A DNA stretch of 64,000 nucleotides from Paraglaciecola sp. (GCA_046709505.1 JBKEFM010000002.1:4230-68229); one strand, 5' to 3'. Counted from the first letter of the stretch, positions 10,256-24,410 are shown. The notes: a model not told the origin generated them from the letters alone. Numbers and translations: made by a program.

Positions 10256-10475
10256 ATATTTCCTACGCTAACCTAAAGATAATGTATTTTGACTGCGTCA
10301 TCCGCCTTAATAATAGTTATGGATTATGACAACTATTATGGCCGCAGCAATTGCGCTAATTTGGCTAATAACAAGCAGAATCAGTTCAGTATGCCAGGAT
10401 CCACAGCCAAAATATGAGGTTCGTCACTATGCCATCAGTTGTTACCTGCTGTTAAAATGCGGTTTACCTGTAAAT

Positions 10476-13826
<3,351 letters not shown>

Positions 13827-14102
13827 TTACCCCCGAACAGTCAGGTCGCAAGATCAGTGAAAGTCTGCCCCTGAGTGATACAGCGCCTGAGATGAAAAAA
13901 GACATTTAGCCCGTAAAATAGCCTGATCATGTACCAACACCCATGCCTTTTTAGTCACGGGAAGACTACCTGAGCACCAGCATTATCTGCTCTCTCACAA
14001 AACCTTGTGATAAATAACTCTATCCATTTGCCATTGTGACTAGACCGCGCCGAGGCAAACAGCGACAATATTGTTCACGCTTTAAAATCGATAAAGGTAA
14101 AG

Positions 14103-14651
14103 ATGTCTGAATTGTCTTTTAAAATTGGCCTGTTTTACGGCTCCACGACCTGCTATACCGAGATGGCAGCTGAGAAAGTTCAGGCTGCCCTTAACCACCT
14201 CTTTGCCTCTGAAGTGGTGCAGTTATTTAACATCAAGGATGTTTCTTTACGCCAGGCAGAGCAGTTTGATGTACTGATTTTTGGTATTTCCACCTGGGAT
14301 TTCGGCGAGTTGCAGGAAGACTGGGAATCCTGCTGGCAAGATATTAGTACATTGGATCTCACAGACAAAACCGTGGCCTTATTCGGTTTGGGTGACCAAC
14401 TTGGTTACAGCGACTGGTTTCAGGATGCCTTAGGTATGCTGCATGATGAAGTGCTGCCCCTGGGTTGCCACATTATCGGTTACTGGCCCAATCAAGGCTA
14501 TGATTTCGCCGAGTCCAAAGGGCTAACTGCGGATAATAGCCACTTTGTCGGTTTGTCACTGGATGATGAAAATCAATATAATGAGACCGAACAACGTATT
14601 AGCACCTGGACCGAGCAGTTACTGCTCGAACTGGATAATTTGACGAATTGA
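14103..14651 (+). CDS. fldB: Flavodoxin FldB
   Basis: GLFYGSTTCYTEMAAEK and GISTWDFGELQEDW. Confidence 0.92.
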   Translation: MSELSFKIGLFYGSTTCYTEMAAEKVQAALNHLFASEVVQLFNIKDVSLRQAEQFDVLIFGISTWDFGELQEDWESCWQDISTLDLTDKTVALFGLGDQLGYSDWFQDALGMLHDEVLPLGCHIIGYWPNQGYDFAESKGLTADNSHFVGLSLDDENQYNETEQRISTWTEQLLLELDNLTN

Positions 14652-15460
14652 GTCTGCCCGACACCCCTAATTCGAGATTGCATCGGCCCTATTACCGTAA
14701 CGGTCCTGAGCACCGAGGCGGAGCCGATGTCAGCTTTGGGGACATCGTTAAAATTTTTGGTTTTCCCTCTGTGGATATAGGTAAGTGGGTGACCCGCGAG
14801 GAGCAACAAATCGCCGCTAACCTTTTTTTCGATGCCTTGTGTGATCTGATGGACATATTGCAAGTGCCTGAATCGGTGATTTCGCTCAATGGCACCTTGT
14901 CACTGGCTTTTGGTACCGGGGGACGCAAACATAGCTGTGCCCATTATGAATCCAGTCGTAAGCGCCTGGCGCTAGCCAAAAACGCCGGAGGGGGAGCTTT
15001 AGCTCATGAATGGTTTCATGCCTTCGATCACCACATCTGTGCCAAATTATTCCGTGATGCCCAGCCAGGTAATTTTGCTTCCCAATTATGGTTGGATGAT
15101 TACGAAATGCTGCCACATCCGTTAAATAGTAAGCTTAATACCTGTTTTGAAACTATTTTTCTTGAGCAGCACAAAACCGGTGCTAACACCTATTTCCTGA
15201 CCAGTGCCAAGGTCGATAAAAGCATGAAAATTTATTACTACGCACGCCCTGAAGAGCTTGCTGCACGTGCATTTGAAGCATTTATTGAAGATCAGGCGTT
15301 ACGTAACGCTTTTCTGGTCCAAGGCAGCATAAAAAGCCCCGAAGTCATGCTGGGGATCTACCCTAAAAAACACCATAGACAAATATTAGGACAGAACTTT
15401 GTGGATTATTTTCGCTATTTGGGGCAGGCTATATACTCGAGTCATTTAAAAGATGTTTAA
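14648..15460 (+). CDS. CLCA_X-family / LPD1-like zincin metallopeptidase-like protein
   Basis: LAHEWFHAFD (HExxH) and YYARPEELAARAFEAF; overlaps the fldB stop by 4 nt. Confidence 0.7.
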   Translation: MSLPDTPNSRLHRPYYRNGPEHRGGADVSFGDIVKIFGFPSVDIGKWVTREEQQIAANLFFDALCDLMDILQVPESVISLNGTLSLAFGTGGRKHSCAHYESSRKRLALAKNAGGGALAHEWFHAFDHHICAKLFRDAQPGNFASQLWLDDYEMLPHPLNSKLNTCFETIFLEQHKTGANTYFLTSAKVDKSMKIYYYARPEELAARAFEAFIEDQALRNAFLVQGSIKSPEVMLGIYPKKHHRQILGQNFVDYFRYLGQAIYSSHLKDV

Positions 15461-15589
15461 ATATAAATGTGAAAAGCAGCACTTTTCATTAACATTATTG
15501 CTAAGATTTAGTTAATTAGTGGATGCTCTTGAGTAAAACTGCCTTTATACTAGGCGAATTCGTTATCAACAATTTGGCGACAGATACAA

Positions 15590-15997
15590 ATGAAAAGAAA
15601 AAAGCACGGCTCCTCAGATGATGAAGCAACAATAGATATGACTCCCATGTTGGACATAGTGTTCATCATGTTGATTTTCTTCATTGTTACTACCTCCTTT
15701 GTTAAAGAAAAAGGTTTGGATGTGTCACGTCCAAAAGATACAAACACTCCTCCTCCTAAGACTAATGTGAAGTCCTTGGCTATTCGTGTGGAGCAGGATG
15801 GTACTATTGTCATGAATAACCGTGATGTAGACATACGCCGTATCATAGCCAACATTCAAAGTTTCCTGGCTGAAAACAACACCGATAGTGCTGCCGTTCA
15901 GGCGCATCCAAAAGCTAAACATGGCGTAGTCACTGAAGTGATTAACCAAGCAAAAGAAGCGGGTATTGCTAACATATCAGTACTGGTTTCTAAATAA
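15590..15997 (+). CDS. exbD: Biopolymer transport protein ExbD/TolR family
   Basis: IDMTPMLDIVFIMLIFFIVTTSF signature. Confidence 0.9.
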   Translation: MKRKKHGSSDDEATIDMTPMLDIVFIMLIFFIVTTSFVKEKGLDVSRPKDTNTPPPKTNVKSLAIRVEQDGTIVMNNRDVDIRRIIANIQSFLAENNTDSAAVQAHPKAKHGVVTEVINQAKEAGIANISVLVSK

Positions 15998-16027
15998 TCG
16001 ATCTACCTCGCTTACGCGAGCAAAATC

Positions 16028-16058
16028 AAAAACGCCATCAATCGATGGCGTTTTTTTT
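16028..16058. terminator. Bidirectional intrinsic terminator
   Basis: aaaaacgccatc-aatc-gatggcgtttttttt between exbD and rraA. Confidence 0.85.
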
Positions 16059-16088
16059 GTGATTAAATAAAAATGCAGACCGATACTG

Positions 16089-16574
16089 TTATTCAAGATC
16101 CAATGGTTCTGGAGATAAAATGATACCTGTACTATCGGCATAGATATGATCACCAGGGAGAAAAGTCACCCCGCCAAAATTTACCGCAACGTCAATCTCG
16201 CCTACTTCCTGATCATCTGCGCTAACCGGTATAGAGGCAATAGCATGGATGCCAACATTAATTTCCTCCAAATCATCCACTTCGCGAACGCTGCCGTAAC
16301 AGACAATACCTTCCCAGCCATTATCCATAGCAATCTGCGCAGCATTGGAGTCGATTAAAGCACGGCGCATTGAACCCCCGCCGTCAATTAACAGGACTTT
16401 ACCTAAGCCCGGTTGTTCCAGAGTCTTTAACACTAGTCCTTTGTCTTCGAAACACTTAATAGTCGCAATTTCACCACCGTAAGAAGGACGCCCACCGAAG
16501 CTTACGAACATAGGTTCGACAACATCCACGCTATCGGCAAAAAGATCGCACAATTCAGAAGTATTATAATCCAT
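16089..16574 (-). CDS. rraA: Regulator of ribonuclease activity A
   Basis: [26 protein letters not shown] and [12 protein letters not shown]. Confidence 0.95.
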   Translation of the reverse strand: MDYNTSELCDLFADSVDVVEPMFVSFGGRPSYGGEIATIKCFEDKGLVLKTLEQPGLGKVLLIDGGGSMRRALIDSNAAQIAMDNGWEGIVCYGSVREVDDLEEINVGIHAIASIPVSADDQEVGEIDVAVNFGGVTFLPGDHIYADSTGIILSPEPLDLE

Positions 16575-16679
16575 AACATATCCCCGTGATTAGGTTCGCT
16601 CTCAGTATACTGCTAGGCGAAGGCAATGCCACTACTAATCTGTCCCAGGTAAAGCAATCCTTAAGTAAGGTGATAACCT

Positions 16680-16734
16680 CTTCACAGATTGTTCTTTAAT
16701 CTGCCACCTAAGCTTCATTTCCCTTGACTACCCT
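16680..16734 (+). promoter_or_regulatory. Candidate Pho-box array with -10 element
   Basis: Units spaced 11 bp apart: cttcac / gttctt / tgccac / cttcat. The best 18-mer, ctgccacctaagcttcat (16701-16718), is followed 10 bp later by taccct. Confidence 0.35.
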
Positions 16735-16763
16735 AGAATTAAGTGCGTATTTGGAGATAGGTA

Positions 16764-17227
16764 TTGAAAACGCTGACGCAAACAGATATACCATTATTCT
16801 ATTGGCTATTTAACCTTACCGCTCGGCGTAATTGTCGATGGATAATCTGGCTATCCAGATCCGGTGATGGCCATCTATACCTGCTACTTGGTTTGTGCCT
16901 GTGGTTATTTGAAACGAATCATAACGCACTCTTTTTATATTCTGCACTGCTGGCCTATAGTCTTGAGCTGCCACTTTACCTGGTGCTCAAAAAGTGTCTA
17001 CAACGCACCCTTCCCCCTGATCTGTTTCACAACGTCACACAGCAGCCGCCTTTTTTATGGCCTCGTTGATCTCCGCTTTTTATTCCTCAACATTTTTATT
17101 TGTGTATCTCTGGGTCAGCATTGTCAGACTGTCCCGGATAATGTTGGGGGTACATTATCCGAGTGACATAATAGCCGCTGCTGCTTTGGGCCTGAGTATG
17201 TCTTATTTTAGTTTGGCATTACTGTAA
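16764..17227 (+). pseudogene. PAP2-family phosphatase pseudogene
   Basis: N-half (...LKKCLQRTLP) is in one frame. C-half HTAAAF...SRIMLGVHYPSDI...LALL* is in another frame from about 17035. The segment that normally carries FPSG is missing. Confidence 0.85.
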
Positions 17228-17240
17228 AGGGTATTGATAT

Positions 17241-18572
17241 ATGAAAATCCTGCATGGAGTACAAGGCACGGGTAATGGTCATATAACGCGAGCCAGAGTC
17301 ATGGCCGAGGCTTTTTCCCAGCGCCCAGATGTACAAATAGATTATGTATTTTCAGGGCGAGATAAAACACCATACTTTGATATAAAAGTCTTTGATCATT
17401 ACCAAACCTACCGTGGCCTGAGCTTTAAAATCCAAGGCGGGAAAATCAGTAAATATACCACCTGCAAAGCTGCCAATATCCCTGAATTAGTGCGTGACAT
17501 TAAAAGCTTGTGTATCAGTGACTACGATCTAGTCATCAATGATTTTGAACCCGTCAGTGCCTGGGCAGCAAAGTTCAGTCATACCCCCTTTATTTCTATC
17601 AGTCACCAGGGAGCATTTAAGCATCCCATCTCTCAACATACCCGCACATTAATTGACCGCGCTATTACCAAGTATTTTGCGCCCACTGGTATACAGCTTG
17701 GTGTGCACTGGTATCACTTTGGCTGTTCGATCATGCCGCCCTTTATTAATGCCCAGGAGTCGAGGGGCGCCCGAGGCCACCAATATTTGGCGTACTTGCC
17801 ATTTGAAGACCTGGATGATATCGATACCCTGCTCGACCCGCTCGCGGAATACGAATTCGTTTGCTTTCATCCTAATGTAACGACCCAGCATAAGACGGGA
17901 CATATTACCTGGTGCCATCCGGCAAAAGATAAATTTGCTCGAATAATGCAAAATTGTTCAGGCGTTATAGCCAATGGCGGCTTTGATCCCGCCAGTGAGT
18001 GCCTGCATTTTGGTAAGAAATTATTGATAAAACCACTTTTCGGTCAATTTGAGCAGCTTTGTAATACCAAAATACTGGTTCAGCTCAGACTTTGCCTTAT
18101 ACCAATCCACCTTAATATCTACCCACTCAGCGATCAATAATATCTGCTTAATAGGGATGTGAATTTCCACGGTCTACTGATAAAGCTGAAGCAAATTTAG
18201 CATCGCCCTTCGGGAAGGGCTGACAAGCTCCCTAGCTGCATTATAACGTCTATGAAGGCAACCAGCATTCCTTCGGCATTACGCTTTGCTATGAAACTTG
18301 CCAGCACCTTCTGAGTTGATCACATATCGAGGAACAATGGTATTAGTATGTCTGTATTAGATGGCGACATTGTCGAAGACTGGTTGAAAATGCCAGCCAA
18401 CGAGCCCATCAAATTTCCACAAAATCCGACGATCCTTATCGATTGGTTATTAGCCAGGGACTGGCAGTCGGTGGATAAACTCTGTGAGCAGTTATGGCAA
18501 AACGTCCACTTTTTTCCTTCCCTGGCAGCTCAACTGGACAACCTCTCTTGCTCCCCGCGGTCAAAAGCATAA
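17241..18572 (+). pseudogene. MJ1255/VC2487-family glycosyltransferase interrupted by MITE copy 2
   Basis: GVQGTGNGHITRAR, DFEPVSAWAA and KPLFGQFEQ motifs. Removing 18100-18345 rejoins ...QLRLCL-SMSVLDGD... in frame. Confidence 0.88.
18100..18342 (+). mobile_element. MITE-like structured repeat, copy 2 (243 bp)
   Basis: TACCAATCC...AATGGTA flanked by perfect TTA direct repeats (18097-18099 and 18343-18345), inside a coding sequence. Confidence 0.92.
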
Positions 18573-18659
18573 ATTATAACACTTAGGCCGAGCCTAATAC
18601 TTTGCATTTCAGGCCGGTAATGACATCATATACCACATGTCTGTATGCTGAGAAATGAG

Positions 18660-18824
18660 ATGCGTCCCACCCATAGAAACGTCATGATTTTATGCGGATT
18701 ATTATCCGTATTTTGCCTGCAAGGCTGTGGCCAAAAAAAACCACTTTATTTACCCCAAAGCGCCCAAAGCAATCAGTCTGGCGATTTGCGCCAGCCAACC
18801 GTTACCCCACAAAGAGAGCAATAA
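18660..18824 (+). CDS. lptM: LptM/YifL (LppL-family) small lipoprotein, absent from the ORF track
   Basis: Manual translation MRPTHRNVMILCGLLSVFCLQGCGQKKPLYLPQ...REQ*. Lipobox followed by a CGQKxPLYLP motif; expected position upstream of lysA-dapF. Confidence 0.85.
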   Translation: MRPTHRNVMILCGLLSVFCLQGCGQKKPLYLPQSAQSNQSGDLRQPTVTPQREQ

Positions 18825-18825
18825 T

Positions 18826-20076
18826 ATGGATTATTTCGGTTATAAAGGTCAACAACTATGGGCGGAAGAGGTGTTATTAGCCGATATTGCCAAGCAGCAC
18901 GGCACCCCCTGTTATGTATACTCCCGAGCAACAATAGAACGTCATTGGCATGCATTTGATCAAGCAGCAGGCACCCATCCTCATCTGGTCTGTTATGCAG
19001 TAAAAGCCAATGCCAATCTTGGGGTGTTGAGCATTCTTGCTAAGTTAGGCTCAGGTTTTGACATTGTCTCTAGTGGGGAATTACGTCGCGTACTTAAAGC
19101 GGGCGGGGATCCTGCCAAGGTGGTATTTTCCGGCGTGGGTAAAACAGAAGAAGAAATCGCTCTGGCTCTGGCGCATAACATCAAATGTTTCAACGTCGAG
19201 TCCCCTGCTGAATTGGATCGTATTAGTCAGGTTGCCGTTAGCCAAAACAAAATTGCGCCTATATCAATTCGGGTCAATCCGGATGTTGACGCAAAAACTC
19301 ACCCCTACATCTCCACCGGTCTTAAAGACAATAAATTTGGCATAGAACGGGAACAAGCCGTGGCTGTCTACCTTCACGCTGCATCATTACCGAACCTAGA
19401 AATAAAAGGCATTGACTGTCATATTGGCTCTCAGTTAACCGAAGTCGCCCCTTTTATTGATGCCTTAGACAAATTATTGGTATTGATTGATGAGCTGGCC
19501 ATAGAAGGCATCCACCTTTCTCATCTCGATGTAGGCGGCGGTTTAGGGGTAACCTATAAAGACGAAACCCCACCCCATCCGATCGAATACACTCAGGCTA
19601 TTGCCGAACGGATGGAAGGTCGTAATAAACTTATGCTGATTTTTGAACCGGGTCGAGCAATCATGGCAAACGCCGGCGTATTGCTCACCAAAGTTGAATT
19701 TTTAAAGCAAGGAGCAGAAAAAAACTTTGCCATAGTCGATGCTGCAATGAACGATTTAATCCGTCCTGCATTATATTCCGCCTGGCAGAATATTATTCCA
19801 CTCGATAGAGCCTTGGATCGCGAGCCAGCAGTCTATGATGTAGTAGGTCCAATCTGCGAAACCGGCGATTTTATTGGTAAGTCCCGGGAGTTGAATATAG
19901 CTGCCGGTGATTTCCTGGCCGTCAGAAGTGCCGGTGCATACGGTTTCGCCATGGCTTCAAATTATAATAGTCGCTGTAAAGCCCCTGAAATAATGGTTGA
20001 TGGTACACAGTCCGTAGTCGTCAGAGAACGTGAAAAAGTTGAGGACCTATGGCGCGGTGAATCCACTTTACCTTAA
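18826..20076 (+). CDS. lysA: Diaminopimelate decarboxylase
   Basis: YAVKAN (PLP Lys), HIGSQ, EPGR and GPICETGD. Start placed at MDYFGY. Confidence 0.96.
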   Translation: MDYFGYKGQQLWAEEVLLADIAKQHGTPCYVYSRATIERHWHAFDQAAGTHPHLVCYAVKANANLGVLSILAKLGSGFDIVSSGELRRVLKAGGDPAKVVFSGVGKTEEEIALALAHNIKCFNVESPAELDRISQVAVSQNKIAPISIRVNPDVDAKTHPYISTGLKDNKFGIEREQAVAVYLHAASLPNLEIKGIDCHIGSQLTEVAPFIDALDKLLVLIDELAIEGIHLSHLDVGGGLGVTYKDETPPHPIEYTQAIAERMEGRNKLMLIFEPGRAIMANAGVLLTKVEFLKQGAEKNFAIVDAAMNDLIRPALYSAWQNIIPLDRALDREPAVYDVVGPICETGDFIGKSRELNIAAGDFLAVRSAGAYGFAMASNYNSRCKAPEIMVDGTQSVVVREREKVEDLWRGESTLP

Positions 20077-20236
20077 AGTAAGCTCTGGGGAATGTCTCGC
20101 TTTTGACAGTTAATTCTTATGGGCTTTATCAAAGGCATGGTCAGTTATGTTACGAAATGATATAACCTAATTATAGATGTTTGGTTCAGGGCGTAATTTC
20201 CCTTCAAACAATAGATTTTTCAAGTAAGTAGCAAAC

Positions 20237-21067
20237 ATGCAAGTTCAGTTTTCTAAAATGCACGGCTTGGGCAATGACTTTGTCGTTATCGATAATGTTA
20301 CCCAAAATGTATTTTTTACCAAAGATAAAATCAAACAATTAGCGGATCGCAACTTCGGTATCGGTTTTGACCAAATGTTGCTGGTTGAGCCGCCTTACGA
20401 TCCGGAGCAGGACTTTCACTATCGGATTTTTAACGCCGATGGCTCAGAAGTATCACAATGTGGTAACGGGGCACGCTGCTTCGCCCGTTTTGTGAAGATG
20501 AAAGGCCTAACTAACCGCAACAAAATTGTCGTTAGTACCAAAGCGGGACGCCTAGTGCTCTATCATGAGCGGGATGGCCAGATAACAGTGAATATGGGTG
20601 TGCCTGTGTTTGAACCGGCCTTGATACCTCTTATCGCCAACAAACAAGAAAATATCTATATTATCCGTGCCCAGGAGCAAACCTTTTTTTGCGGAGCCGT
20701 GTCCATGGGTAATCCTCATTGTGTCCTGTTGGTAGATGATGTGGCGACTATTGATGTCAATGGCATCGGCCAACTACTCGCCGGGCACGAACGCTTCCCT
20801 GAAGGTGTCAATGTTGGTTTTATGCAGATCATCAACTCAGGCCATATAAAATTGCGGGTATTTGAGCGAGGGACGGGTGAAACCCTTGCTTGTGGTAGTG
20901 GAGCTTGTGCGGCCGTTGCCATTGGGCAAATGCAAAACAAACTTGGCAAAGACGTCACTGTGGATTTGCCAGGCGGCAGCCTTAAAATCCGCTGGCAAGG
21001 GCCAGATAATATATTAAAAATGACGGGCAACGCAGAACACGTTTTTGATGGAAGTATAATGTTATGA
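20237..21067 (+). CDS. dapF: Diaminopimelate epimerase
   Basis: [17 protein letters not shown] and ETLACGSG. Confidence 0.97.
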   Translation: MQVQFSKMHGLGNDFVVIDNVTQNVFFTKDKIKQLADRNFGIGFDQMLLVEPPYDPEQDFHYRIFNADGSEVSQCGNGARCFARFVKMKGLTNRNKIVVSTKAGRLVLYHERDGQITVNMGVPVFEPALIPLIANKQENIYIIRAQEQTFFCGAVSMGNPHCVLLVDDVATIDVNGIGQLLAGHERFPEGVNVGFMQIINSGHIKLRVFERGTGETLACGSGACAAVAIGQMQNKLGKDVTVDLPGGSLKIRWQGPDNILKMTGNAEHVFDGSIML

Positions 21068-21762
21068 ATGATACATCTGGTCAGCAAAAAAACTCTCTCA
21101 ATACCGCTCCTTCCTTAGCAATTTCAGACGTTCTGACTGAAGATGAGGTGACAAAGTATTTACTCACCCATCCAGAATTTTTCGCCATTCATCCCCAACT
21201 GCTCGAGCAGTTGGAAATCCCGCATAGCCACAAGGGCACCGTCTCACTGGTGGAGCGCCAAAGTGAGCAATTTCGTCATAAAGTGAGTCAGTTAACCAAC
21301 AAGTTAAGCCAGCTCATCGCCATCGCTAAAAAAAATGAAGAAATTTATCATATTTATGCCGATCTTAATCTACGCATATTACGCTGTACCGACATCAGCA
21401 CAGTACAAGCGGTACTCGCTGAAGTCATGCAAAAACAGCTAAACCTTTCCTCGGTCGCTCTTAGACCCTGTAAAGGGGTTTTTTCCTTACCTGAGATTCA
21501 GCGTAAGTTTTTCTATGAGAAACGATTTAAAGAAAATACTTTCTTTTTCGGGCGGTTAAGTGAACACGAAAAGAAACTGCTGTTTAACGATCAGGAAGCC
21601 GAATCCGTGGCATTACTGTCACTTGGCCCACAGGGTGAATTAGGTATATTGGCCATTGGCAGTAAAGATCCCGGACATTTTAATCCAGAGATAGACACCT
21701 TGCTTATCACACAATTACAACAATTCCTCAGTATATTGCTACCCAAGCTTCTGGCTTATTAG
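21064..21762 (+). CDS. yigA: DUF484 (YigA-like) protein
   Basis: YLLTHPEFF and GTVSLVERQ motifs; conserved position between dapF and xerC. Confidence 0.88.
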   Translation: MNDTSGQQKNSLNTAPSLAISDVLTEDEVTKYLLTHPEFFAIHPQLLEQLEIPHSHKGTVSLVERQSEQFRHKVSQLTNKLSQLIAIAKKNEEIYHIYADLNLRILRCTDISTVQAVLAEVMQKQLNLSSVALRPCKGVFSLPEIQRKFFYEKRFKENTFFFGRLSEHEKKLLFNDQEAESVALLSLGPQGELGILAIGSKDPGHFNPEIDTLLITQLQQFLSILLPKLLAY

Positions 21763-21764
21763 TG

Positions 21765-22658
21765 ATGTTGCAGCCAGATCTGCAGCCCTGGATGGTCAAG
21801 TATTTTGACCATCTAAAATATGAGCGCAACCTGGCCAGCAAATCCATCGAAAACTATCAGCGCCAGCTCAGCGTCGTCATCGCGCAATTGAGCATTGCAT
21901 CCTGGTCGGAGCTTAAGGTTGACGATGTGCGCCAGATACTCAATCACGCCAGACGCCAGCATCTCAGCCCCAGAAGTATTGCCCTTAGATTGTCCGCCCT
22001 GCGCACCTTTTGCACTTACCTGGTGAACCAGAAGGTTTTGACCAGTAATCCTGCCAAAGCACTGCAGGCTCCCAAAGCCGGCCGACCACTACCCAAGCAA
22101 CTTAATGTAGATGAAATGCACCAGCTACTGGAATTCAAAGATGATTCATTGCTAGCGTTACGTGATAAGGCCATGCTGGAATTAACCTACAGCTGTGGCC
22201 TGCGCCTATCAGAATTGGCCGAGCTTAACTTAACAGATATCAGTGCTGATAATCAGTTGCGGGTAATGGGCAAAGGTAGCAAAGAACGTATTTTACCCAT
22301 AGGAAAAATTGCCCGGGCCAGCCTTAGCAAATGGTTGGGGGTACGCGGTGCCTTGGCACGACCAGATGAACAAGCCCTGTTTTTAAGTAAACACCTAAGG
22401 CGTATCAGCACCAGGCAAATTGCTAAAAGAATGCAGTTGTGGGCCAAACATCAACAGCTGGATCAGCATGTTAACCCACATAAACTACGACATTCTTTCG
22501 CTACACATTTGCTAGAATCCAGCGGTGACTTACGTGGTGTGCAAGAATTGCTGGGCCATGCTAATTTATCTACTACCCAGATTTATACCCATTTGAATTT
22601 CCAACATCTTGCCCAGGTATATGATGGGGCGCACCCTAGAGCAAAACGCCGCAAATAA
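21765..22658 (+). CDS. xerC: Tyrosine recombinase XerC
   Basis: [38 protein letters not shown] and HPRA; canonical synteny. Confidence 0.96.
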   Translation: MLQPDLQPWMVKYFDHLKYERNLASKSIENYQRQLSVVIAQLSIASWSELKVDDVRQILNHARRQHLSPRSIALRLSALRTFCTYLVNQKVLTSNPAKALQAPKAGRPLPKQLNVDEMHQLLEFKDDSLLALRDKAMLELTYSCGLRLSELAELNLTDISADNQLRVMGKGSKERILPIGKIARASLSKWLGVRGALARPDEQALFLSKHLRRISTRQIAKRMQLWAKHQQLDQHVNPHKLRHSFATHLLESSGDLRGVQELLGHANLSTTQIYTHLNFQHLAQVYDGAHPRAKRRK

Positions 22659-22687
22659 GGTCAGCTAACAGGAACACATAACGCCAC

Positions 22688-23401
22688 ATGATATTTTATC
22701 GTCAACTACAAAAAATTACCGCCATGAGTTTTGATCTCGATGACACCTTGTATGATAACCATCCTTTGATACTCAAGGCAGAACAAAAATTACTGGCTTT
22801 TTTGCAGCAACACAGTCCCGGGACAGCTACAGACACCCAATATTGGCGGCAACATAAGCTGGCGGTACTTGATGCCCATCCTCAACTGCACAGCGATATG
22901 GGCCTATTACGCAGAGAAACCCTGACCCAAGGTCTAACCGAGTTGGGTCACAAAGGCCTCCAGCTGGATCAGGCAGTAGATGATGCTTTCGCCTTTTTCT
23001 ACCACCAGCGCAGCGACTTCAAAGTAAGCAGTGAGGTATGTAACATACTGGATAGCTTAGCCGCTCGCTTACCGCTGGTGGCGATCACTAATGGTAATGT
23101 TAATCTGGACCAAATTGGCATTGGCGATTACTTTGAGAAAAGTTTTCATGCCAGTCTCGACTTGCCTATGAAACCGGCGAGCAATATGTTTAATGCTGCC
23201 CAACAATTCCTGCAACGCCCAGCGAGTGAGATATTGCATGTAGGCGACGATTTGCAAAAAGATGTACACGGAGCAAAGCTAGCTGGCTTTAGCTCTGCTT
23301 GGTATGCATGCAATCGCGCTATGTGCTTGAAAAACGAACCTGTAGGCCTAGTACCTGACATTCAACTGACGAGCCTGGATGAACTTTGTACCCTGCTCTA
23401 G
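22688..23401 (+). CDS. yigB: HAD-superfamily phosphatase YigB-like
   Basis: FDLDDTLYDN, ITNGN, KP and HVGDD motifs. Confidence 0.88.
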   Translation: MIFYRQLQKITAMSFDLDDTLYDNHPLILKAEQKLLAFLQQHSPGTATDTQYWRQHKLAVLDAHPQLHSDMGLLRRETLTQGLTELGHKGLQLDQAVDDAFAFFYHQRSDFKVSSEVCNILDSLAARLPLVAITNGNVNLDQIGIGDYFEKSFHASLDLPMKPASNMFNAAQQFLQRPASEILHVGDDLQKDVHGAKLAGFSSAWYACNRAMCLKNEPVGLVPDIQLTSLDELCTLL

Positions 23402-23482
23402 CCTGGACACATTAAATTTCACCCAAAACCATTGGCGTTAAGGCTAGCCGGCAACAATGCAGCGTCAAGGGAGACGGATAGA

Positions 23483-24262
23483 TTAGTCTTCCAGTACATT
23501 TTGCCGCATGGTTTTACAGGGATGTGGACAACTGGGTTTACCCACTATCTTGGCGGGTACGCCGGCCACAGTAACATGCGCAGGCACGTTATCCAGTACT
23601 ACACTGCCGGCACCTACTTTTGCCCCCTGACCTATCTCGATATTGCCTAAAATCTTGGCTCCCGCACCTATCATCACCCCCTGGCGAACTTTAGGATGGC
23701 GGTCACCGGATTCATTACCCGTCCCCCCAAGCGTCACCGATTGCATGATGGACACGTTATCTTCGATCACCGCTGTTTCTCCTACTACAATGCCGGTAGC
23801 ATGATCAAACATCACACTTTGCCCTATATAAGCAGCGGGATGAATATCCACTGACAGCACCTCAGAGCTTCTGCTTTGTATAAACAAGGCCAGATCCTGC
23901 TTGTTTTTTAACCACAGCATATGGGCAAATCGGTGTACCTGAATGGCGTGAAACCCTTTGAAATACAACAATACAGTCAAATAAGATTTGACCGCGGGAT
24001 CCCGCTCAAATACCGCTTTGATATCCAGTATAGTCGCTTCGATCAACAAAGGGTGAGTGGCGTAGACTTGGGCCAGCATGCTACGTAATGCTGGCGCTGT
24101 CATCACCTCGTCAGACAGTTTATTGGCTAATATAAACCCCAGCGCAGAGGTGAAATCAGGCTGTTTAAGAACACATTCCAGGGCATAGGTAGCCAACAAA
24201 GGTTCGTTTTCAACCAGTGCATGGGCCTCTTGTTTTAGTTGTCGCCAGAAATCCAGATCCAT
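23483..24262 (-). CDS. cysE: Serine O-acetyltransferase
   Basis: DIHPAA, DHATGIVVGET, TLGGTG and RHPK; hexapeptide repeats. Confidence 0.95.
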   Translation of the reverse strand: MDLDFWRQLKQEAHALVENEPLLATYALECVLKQPDFTSALGFILANKLSDEVMTAPALRSMLAQVYATHPLLIEATILDIKAVFERDPAVKSYLTVLLYFKGFHAIQVHRFAHMLWLKNKQDLALFIQSRSSEVLSVDIHPAAYIGQSVMFDHATGIVVGETAVIEDNVSIMQSVTLGGTGNESGDRHPKVRQGVMIGAGAKILGNIEIGQGAKVGAGSVVLDNVPAHVTVAGVPAKIVGKPSCPHPCKTMRQNVLED

Positions 24263-24348
24263 ATATTTCGCCTACTATTTACTTAGGGTAGCAAGTGTAA
24301 TTAGACAGCAGTGATATGCCTAATATTGATTAAGAACAAAATGATTAA

Positions 24349-24364
24349 ATGTATAAAAACACAG
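24349..24364 (+). promoter_or_regulatory. Degenerate LexA (SOS) box upstream of uvrD
   Basis: ATGT-ATAAAAAC-ACAG versus consensus CTGT-N8-ACAG; the mismatch is at a normally invariant base. Confidence 0.3.
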
Positions 24365-24410
24365 TATAACTGCTATACTGTGTCGATGATTTTCCAGCCT
24401 TTTTATCTCC

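Noticed and set aside
18100-18345. Frame-preserving insertion as an intein or coding insertion
   Set aside because: It contains three in-frame stop codons and no intein or recognisable group I/II intron motifs.
21765-22658. Tyrosine recombinase as a phage or island integrase
   Set aside because: Sequence and dapF-DUF484-xerC-yigB synteny identify chromosomal XerC; no att sites or cargo genes were seen.
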